Shown here in pieces: positions 58,732 to 64,000 of a stretch of 64,000 bases of DNA (its first letter is position 1; each line of letters starts with the position of its first letter). The position numbers were made by a program, and so were the translations under genes. Origin of the DNA: Bacilli bacterium (GTDB lineage: Bacteria > Bacillota_I > Bacilli_A > RFN20 > CAG-288); NCBI GenBank assembly GCA_022652945.1, contig JALCRV010000001.1, positions 131,384 through 195,383 on the forward strand, read 5' to 3'. The notes beneath the pieces are model-generated. The model was given only the letters and a program-made list of their open reading frames with translations. It was not told the DNA's origin and searched no databases.

Positions 58732-59589
58732 TTATTTACCCTCCATGGTGAAGATACGCTTTTTAATATCTTCTCTTGTCCGTTCTAGATAACTATCGAC
58801 ATATTCGAATAAATCCAACTCTTTATTTTCCATCAGCGGGGTTAAATCCATCGCATAATTGATTTCCTTATAACTATCGACAGCATGGGAGGCGGAGAAA
58901 GTCGCGTTAGCCTTTCTTCTTCCTCTGATTGCTTCCCCGTAAGCCTTTCCTCCTTCAATCTGACTCTTAAATAAATCGATCAGATATGAAGTAAGCTTCT
59001 CTTCACCTTGGATATTCAAGATTACTTTATCTTCATCCATCAGCCAATCCAGATCTCTCCAGACCTCACATCCGTAAACTTTCTGAGGTCTTTCATTAGG
59101 AGGAAGTTCTCTTAAAGCGGTCAGGACTTTAATCACGGTGGCCACATGCGTATCGTGCTTATCCGCCAAATTATGAGTGTAGATAATTTTAGGATGAGAG
59201 GCCCTGATAAGCTTCTTATAATCCTCAATCGGGCTGCGATTGGAAGGGTCTTTTACTTCCGCGGAAGAATAATTCAATAAGCCCATAAAGGAATAACGCC
59301 CCACCCGAGCAGCTTCCTTCTGCTCTTCAGCCCGGATACGGATCATTTCTTCACTTGAGCAGTTAGCGTACGCTCCGCTGCGGGGTGAATTAGCTCCATC
59401 GGTCGAAACTACTCCGCTGAACCATTTGTCTTGGGAATGTAAGCATTCAACGATCGGAGCCGCCGCGAAGAGTTCGATATCGTCTTCGTGAGCTGAAATC
59501 GCTAAGACGGTTGTTCTTTTAAAGGCTTCTTCCTTAGTCTTTCCATACGGGATATAGATTTCGGCTTTCTTATTTAATTCTAATTCCAT
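58732..59589 (-). CDS. PIG-L/LmbE-family N-acetylglucosaminyl deacetylase
   Basis: LAISAHEDDIELF matches the LmbE AHPDDE zinc-binding motif. Confidence 0.75.
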   Translation of the reverse strand: MELELNKKAEIYIPYGKTKEEAFKRTTVLAISAHEDDIELFAAAPIVECLHSQDKWFSGVVSTDGANSPRSGAYANCSSEEMIRIRAEEQKEAARVGRYSFMGLLNYSSAEVKDPSNRSPIEDYKKLIRASHPKIIYTHNLADKHDTHVATVIKVLTALRELPPNERPQKVYGCEVWRDLDWLMDEDKVILNIQGEEKLTSYLIDLFKSQIEGGKAYGEAIRGRRKANATFSASHAVDSYKEINYAMDLTPLMENKELDLFEYVDSYLERTREDIKKRIFTMEGK

Positions 59590-60560
59590 CTTTCTTTGTC
59601 CTCCTGATTCATTCTTTCAAAAGCGTAAATCCCCGCTCCGATTAACCCGGCTTTATTGCCTAAAGGCGAACAGAGCAGTTTGACCTCGACGATGCCTTTA
59701 GAAAGCCAAGTCTTCTTTTCCATGGCTTTTGTTAAAGGGCTTAAGAATTTATCTTGTCTTTCGGATAGCCCTCCGCCGAAAATAACAGCTTCCGGCTCCA
59801 GCATATCAATTAAATCAATCACTCCTTGAGATAATCTTTCGTAATAAGCTTTAAGCGCCTTTTTAGCAACCTTATCTTTCTTTTCATAAGCGGAGAAGAT
59901 CATTTCCCCGTTCAGTTGTTCTTTCTTTCCTTCACATAAGCTCCATAAAAGGCTGCTCTTATCATCTTTAATAGATTGATAGGCATCCTCTAATAAAGCT
60001 GAAGCGGAAATGGAGGCCTCTAAAAGCCCTCTTTTTCCATTCGGCCCTTTTTTACCTTTCGGATCGATTGAAAGATAACCTAATTCCGGGGTAAGCCCTC
60101 CATTACCCAACCATAATTTACCATCGAAGATCAAACTGCTGCCTAAACCGGTTCCTAAAGTCAAAAAGACCAAGTTAGAAAAATCTTTCCCAGCCCCGAA
60201 ACGATAATCGCCCCAACAAGCAGCTGAAGCATCGTTTAAGACGACTACCGGCTTATGGATTCTCCGCTCTAATTCCTCAGCTAAAAACAGATTCTTCCAT
60301 CCTAAGTGACCGGCAAAATACACCTCACCTTTTTGACAGTTAATAAGCCCGGGGCAACCGATACCTAAACATAAAAGCTCTTCTTCCTTAAAAGAACTGA
60401 CTAAAGAAGAATAAAAAGCAGCGATCTTGTCCATTTCTTCTGTGATTTGCCCACGTGGGAAAGGAATAGCGGAAGTTAAAAGGATCTCCCCTTGTTCAGA
60501 GATAACCGCTCCTTTGATATAAGTTCCCCCGATATCTAAACTGACAATCTTCTTATTCAT
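59580..60560 (-). CDS. ROK-family sugar kinase
   Basis: N-terminus SLDIGGTYIKGAV. ROK zinc motif region GxGCxCGxxGC-like (GIGCPGLINCQKG). Confidence 0.8.
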   Translation of the reverse strand: MNKKIVSLDIGGTYIKGAVISEQGEILLTSAIPFPRGQITEEMDKIAAFYSSLVSSFKEEELLCLGIGCPGLINCQKGEVYFAGHLGWKNLFLAEELERRIHKPVVVLNDASAACWGDYRFGAGKDFSNLVFLTLGTGLGSSLIFDGKLWLGNGGLTPELGYLSIDPKGKKGPNGKRGLLEASISASALLEDAYQSIKDDKSSLLWSLCEGKKEQLNGEMIFSAYEKKDKVAKKALKAYYERLSQGVIDLIDMLEPEAVIFGGGLSERQDKFLSPLTKAMEKKTWLSKGIVEVKLLCSPLGNKAGLIGAGIYAFERMNQEDKERWN

Positions 60561-60655
60561 CTTTCGTTTTCCTTCACTTAAGAATATTTTAACATCGCCG
60601 ATTTTTAATGTATTATGTATAAGGACCTATTATTTACGTTTAAAGACACGAACAT

Positions 60656-61555
60656 ATGAAGAAAAATGAAGTAAAGTACTACCCGAACAAATTAGAAAGC
60701 CTCATCTCCATCGATGAAATCTTTACGATCCATTATTTTAAATACGGGCGTAACTTCACCGGGCCAGGAGAAGCTCACCCTTTTTGGGAACTAGTCTATA
60801 TAGACTCCGGGGTCGCGGAAATCCAGGCCGGAAAGAAAACCCTCCTCCTCGCTCAAGGAGAAGCTATTTTCCATAAACCAGATGAGTTTCATAATATCTT
60901 TACCCATAAAAATTACGCCAATTCTGTCATTGTTTCTTTTAAAGGCAAGGGGAAGGATTTAAAAGAACTGGAAGGGTTAGAGATAAAGCTGACCTCGAAG
61001 GAGAAGGAGCTTTTAAATCTGATTGTCTCGGAAGGCAGCAAGGCTTATACGGATAAGTTGGATCTGGTCTACCTGAAGAAAATGACTAAGAATCCCAACT
61101 CTCCCTTCGGTTCCGACCAGCTTATTAAGAATAACTTAGAGATCTTTCTGATTTATTTGATTCGCCGAGTTAAAGGTGAAAAAGAGCAGGAAAACAGCAA
61201 GGCGATTGAAGTCACTCCGACTTCCCGTCTCGCTTTAAAGATCGAGGAAATCTTAAAAGCCAACTTGCGGAATAAGCTTACTTTAGATGACATCTCTTCT
61301 TCCGTCTTCGCTTCCAAGACCACCTGCAAAAAGATTTTCCATAAAGAGTTTGCGACTTCCATCATGAAAAGATACCAGGAATTGAAAATTGAAGAAGCGA
61401 AAAGGCTTCTGGCGGAGAATGAACTATCAATCAGAGAGATATCCGATCTTCTCTGTTTCCCTTCCGAGCAATATTTTTCTTCTTCTTTTAAGCAAAAAGA
61501 AGAGATGTCCCCTTCCGAATACCGGAAGTCAACAAAGTTAAATCATTTAATATAA
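60656..61555 (+). CDS. AraC-family transcriptional regulator (cupin + HTH), divergent from the amino-sugar operon
   Basis: Cupin-like N-terminus. C-terminal AraC HTH (...LTLDDISSSVFASKTTCKKIF...). Confidence 0.8.
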   Translation: MKKNEVKYYPNKLESLISIDEIFTIHYFKYGRNFTGPGEAHPFWELVYIDSGVAEIQAGKKTLLLAQGEAIFHKPDEFHNIFTHKNYANSVIVSFKGKGKDLKELEGLEIKLTSKEKELLNLIVSEGSKAYTDKLDLVYLKKMTKNPNSPFGSDQLIKNNLEIFLIYLIRRVKGEKEQENSKAIEVTPTSRLALKIEEILKANLRNKLTLDDISSSVFASKTTCKKIFHKEFATSIMKRYQELKIEEAKRLLAENELSIREISDLLCFPSEQYFSSSFKQKEEMSPSEYRKSTKLNHLI

Positions 61556-61559
61556 AGCC

Positions 61560-62009
61560 TTAATAACAAGGCATAGAAGCGAAAGACAGGACCAAACTTA
61601 CTAAGAAAGCCAAAATAGTCGGAAATAAAAGCATAGTGGTCACGTTTTTAAGCCTTTGGTATTTTTTCTCATATGGCTTTTTAAACAGGGCCTCAGAGGC
61701 ACAGATCAGCAATAAAAGACAGCAGAGCGGAAAAATAAAATCCATGAAAAAGAAGTAACGTGATTCAAAAAGCAAGACAGCCATGGAATAGTAATGGTCG
61801 GTCCTGACGACAATATCATTACCCGCTTCATCTTTTCCAGGTAAGGCGGCTACCGCATCTAACCAAGGGGTAAAGAAAAGAACAAAGAGACTTACTCCAA
61901 CAATTAAACTAACCCAAATGATTGTTTTGTCTTTAAAGGAAAAACGGGCTTCCTTTTCTAAGGAAGGAACAAATTCTGCATTTGCATTGTTTAAAGAAGG
62001 ATCTTCCAT
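61560..62009 (-). CDS. hypothetical membrane protein
   Basis: Three to four predicted TM helices. No recognisable motif. Confidence 0.45.
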   Translation of the reverse strand: MEDPSLNNANAEFVPSLEKEARFSFKDKTIIWVSLIVGVSLFVLFFTPWLDAVAALPGKDEAGNDIVVRTDHYYSMAVLLFESRYFFFMDFIFPLCCLLLLICASEALFKKPYEKKYQRLKNVTTMLLFPTILAFLVSLVLSFASMPCY

Positions 62010-62105
62010 TTTTTAACTCATCGCCTCGCTTATCAGATATTTAAAAAGCCTAAGTAAAATAACAACCTCATTATACTAAACATTAACAAGAAAGAAATCT
62101 CATTA

Positions 62106-62513
62106 TCATTGGGCTTTTTCAGCCTTTCGACCGATTACATATATGGTTAGCTGATAGATTAAATCCATAAGCCAGAAAACAAACCAAGCCTTGAGATAAA
62201 AGAAAGGAGGAATAAATAAGAAGCTTGGATTCATAAGCGTGTTCATAAAGACCAAACCGGCCGGCGAGCAGAACACTGGAATAGAGGCTAAAAGAAGCAG
62301 TAAAGGGTTTCTTTGGAATTTAAAATGCAAAACGAAAAATATTAAGGACAACAGTAGACAGCCAGTTTCAAGAAGTGCAGAAAAATAGTTCCCAGCAATA
62401 ATGTCATTCCAGTTAGCATTAAAGATAAAAATCTCATAGATAATCTCTAAAAGAAAACCGAGAGCTAAACTCAGTTCTCCGATCAGTCTTAAGGTAGATA
62501 TTTTCTTTTCCAT
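62106..62513 (-). CDS. hypothetical membrane protein
   Basis: Four hydrophobic helices. No recognisable motif. Confidence 0.45.
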   Translation of the reverse strand: MEKKISTLRLIGELSLALGFLLEIIYEIFIFNANWNDIIAGNYFSALLETGCLLLSLIFFVLHFKFQRNPLLLLLASIPVFCSPAGLVFMNTLMNPSFLFIPPFFYLKAWFVFWLMDLIYQLTIYVIGRKAEKAQ

Positions 62514-62717
62514 AAGTTAAGTATAAAAGAATGATGAATTAAAAATCCACCGACACTTAAGGATGAATGGAAACCATCCACCTCAGACCAAGTTAAAGAC
62601 TACCTCACTAAATATTTACAAATACATCAATTATCTAAGGTAATCCGGTTTCGGTTTCTATATACTAATATATAAGTCTAAATAATCTATAAATCTGCCT
62701 AAGGAGGGCGAAGAAAG

Positions 62718-64000
62718 ATGCCGAAGACAAATAAAAAGAATCAAAAGGCTGATAACTTGCTCCGCAAGACTCCTTCCCCTACGCTTGGCTTAACTAAGAA
62801 AGAAGTCGAGGAAAGGGTTCAGGCCGGCTTAACAAATAAAGCTGATGTCAAAGTCGATAAAAGCTATTTAAAAATCATCGTTTCGAATGCTTTCCCTTTC
62901 TTCTCCTGCGTCCTTTATGCGGTAGCTTTAATGTTCTTGGCCTACCGTATTTACTTAGTAAAGATCGGGCATGAGGATTTAGCGAGCACCTTTTTTGGTG
63001 TCTCTAAGTTCTTTTTCTTAGGTCCCTTAATCTTTTCTACCATCATCGGCACCATCCAGGAATGCCGCTCGAAAAGAGTCCTCGACAAATTAAAGATCGT
63101 TTCCGACTCAAAATACCGAGTTATCAGAGACGGAAAGGAAATGGACGTTTCTTCTGGCGAACTGGTGATCGATGACATCATTAAGTTAGAGTCAGGTAAA
63201 CAAATCCCCGCTGATTTAAAGCTCCTCTCCGGCTATCTGGAAGTCAATGAGTCCTTACTGACCGGCGAAGCGGACGATGTGAAAAAAAGCCCCGAGGAGG
63301 AACATAACGTTCTCCTCTCCGGTTCTTCCATCGTTTCCGGTTCCTGCGTAGCGATCGTGACCGCGGTAGGTAAAGAAACCTACGCCAACCGCCTGCAGAA
63401 AAAGGTCAAGAATATCACCAAGAGCAAATCGGAACTGATGAGAAACATTTACGGCATCATCGATACGATGTCCGTTTTCCTTTTCGTCATCGTTGGAGTC
63501 GTCATTGCGACCATGGCTTATAAGATTTCCATCTGGGGCAAGGATTCCTCACTCTTTATAACGGAAGCCACTCAGAAGCTAATCGAAAGCCATTGCGGCT
63601 CTACCGTCCCAGCTTCGATCGGTTTAACTGATCCTTACGGCTGGTCAATCATCATTACGACCGCCTCCGCTTTCGCTATTTATTCCTTACCGACTGGGTT
63701 GGTCTTATTGACCTCGATGACTTTAGCGGTCTCCGTTATCTCTTTGGTCAAGAAGAACACCTTAATCCAAGAATTATATTCTTTGGAGAATCTCTCGAGA
63801 ATCGATACCATCTGCCTTGATAAGACTGGGACTTTAACCGATGGCTCAATGGAAGTCTTAGATGTGATTTTCACTTCTCATAAAGACCAGGAAAATAAAG
63901 ACTTAGAAAGAAGGCTCGGCTCCTTTTTAGGAGCGATGCCATCTTTAAACGCCACTTCCTCCGCTCTAGAAAGAAAGTTTAAATCTAATAAAGATTACGA
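62718..64000 (+). CDS. P-type cation-transporting ATPase (5' portion; continues beyond the window)
   Basis: GGAGG RBS. TGEA-like actuator segment (LTGEADDV) and the phosphorylation motif CLDKTGTLT. No stop before the window end, so it is absent from the ORF track. Confidence 0.85.
   Translation, partial: MPKTNKKNQKADNLLRKTPSPTLGLTKKEVEERVQAGLTNKADVKVDKSYLKIIVSNAFPFFSCVLYAVALMFLAYRIYLVKIGHEDLASTFFGVSKFFFLGPLIFSTIIGTIQECRSKRVLDKLKIVSDSKYRVIRDGKEMDVSSGELVIDDIIKLESGKQIPADLKLLSGYLEVNESLLTGEADDVKKSPEEEHNVLLSGSSIVSGSCVAIVTAVGKETYANRLQKKVKNITKSKSELMRNIYGIIDTMSVFLFVIVGVVIATMAYKISIWGKDSSLFITEATQKLIESHCGSTVPASIGLTDPYGWSIIITTASAFAIYSLPTGLVLLTSMTLAVSVISLVKKNTLIQELYSLENLSRIDTICLDKTGTLTDGSMEVLDVIFTSHKDQENKDLERRLGSFLGAMPSLNATSSALERKFKSNKDY

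Noticed and set aside
62520-62717. Possible riboswitch (for example an M-box) in the 200-nt leader of the P-type ATPase.
   Set aside because: Only a weak imperfect hairpin. No recognisable conserved riboswitch core could be identified by eye.

Overview
This window is a chromosomal segment from a low-GC Gram-positive bacterium, judged from Firmicutes-like codon usage, GGAGG-type RBSs and many lipobox lipoproteins. UGA is a stop codon here: an RF2 gene with its autoregulatory UGA is present. The backbone is core metabolism and housekeeping. It holds enolase, L-serine dehydratase, the rex-adhE pair, pyruvate:ferredoxin oxidoreductase, galU, uvrB, and secA-prfB carrying the classical programmed +1 frameshift. 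It also holds a nucleoside ABC transporter plus ribokinase operon, a MarR plus heterodimeric ABC exporter operon, and an amino-sugar cluster (GH20 + LmbE + SIS + ROK kinase) under a divergent AraC regulator. Patchy accessory material is interleaved. A 3.2 kb insert sits between galU and uvrB and encodes an oversized HTH-WYL regulator, a co-transcribed 212-aa unknown, and a divergent sigma-70 region-4-only protein with an 81-aa partner. A tightly coupled patatin-like phospholipase operon feeds into two tandem paralogous HExxHxxGxxD zinc-metalloprotease lipoproteins. An orphan HTH-nucleotidyltransferase fusion lies beside cspA. An AlbA_2-type ATPase gene is flanked by an ISL3-like remnant, a frameshifted DUF2188-like fragment, and a 50-bp pentanucleotide tandem repeat immediately 5' of its start (possible phase variation). 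A DEAD-box helicase carries C-terminal GYGHSDRG repeats. An Hpt phosphotransfer gene is frameshifted in a T5 homopolymer. No rRNA, tRNA or CRISPR array was seen. Several rho-independent terminators are visible. The most novel candidate is the WYL-regulator module at 14.4-17.6 kb.
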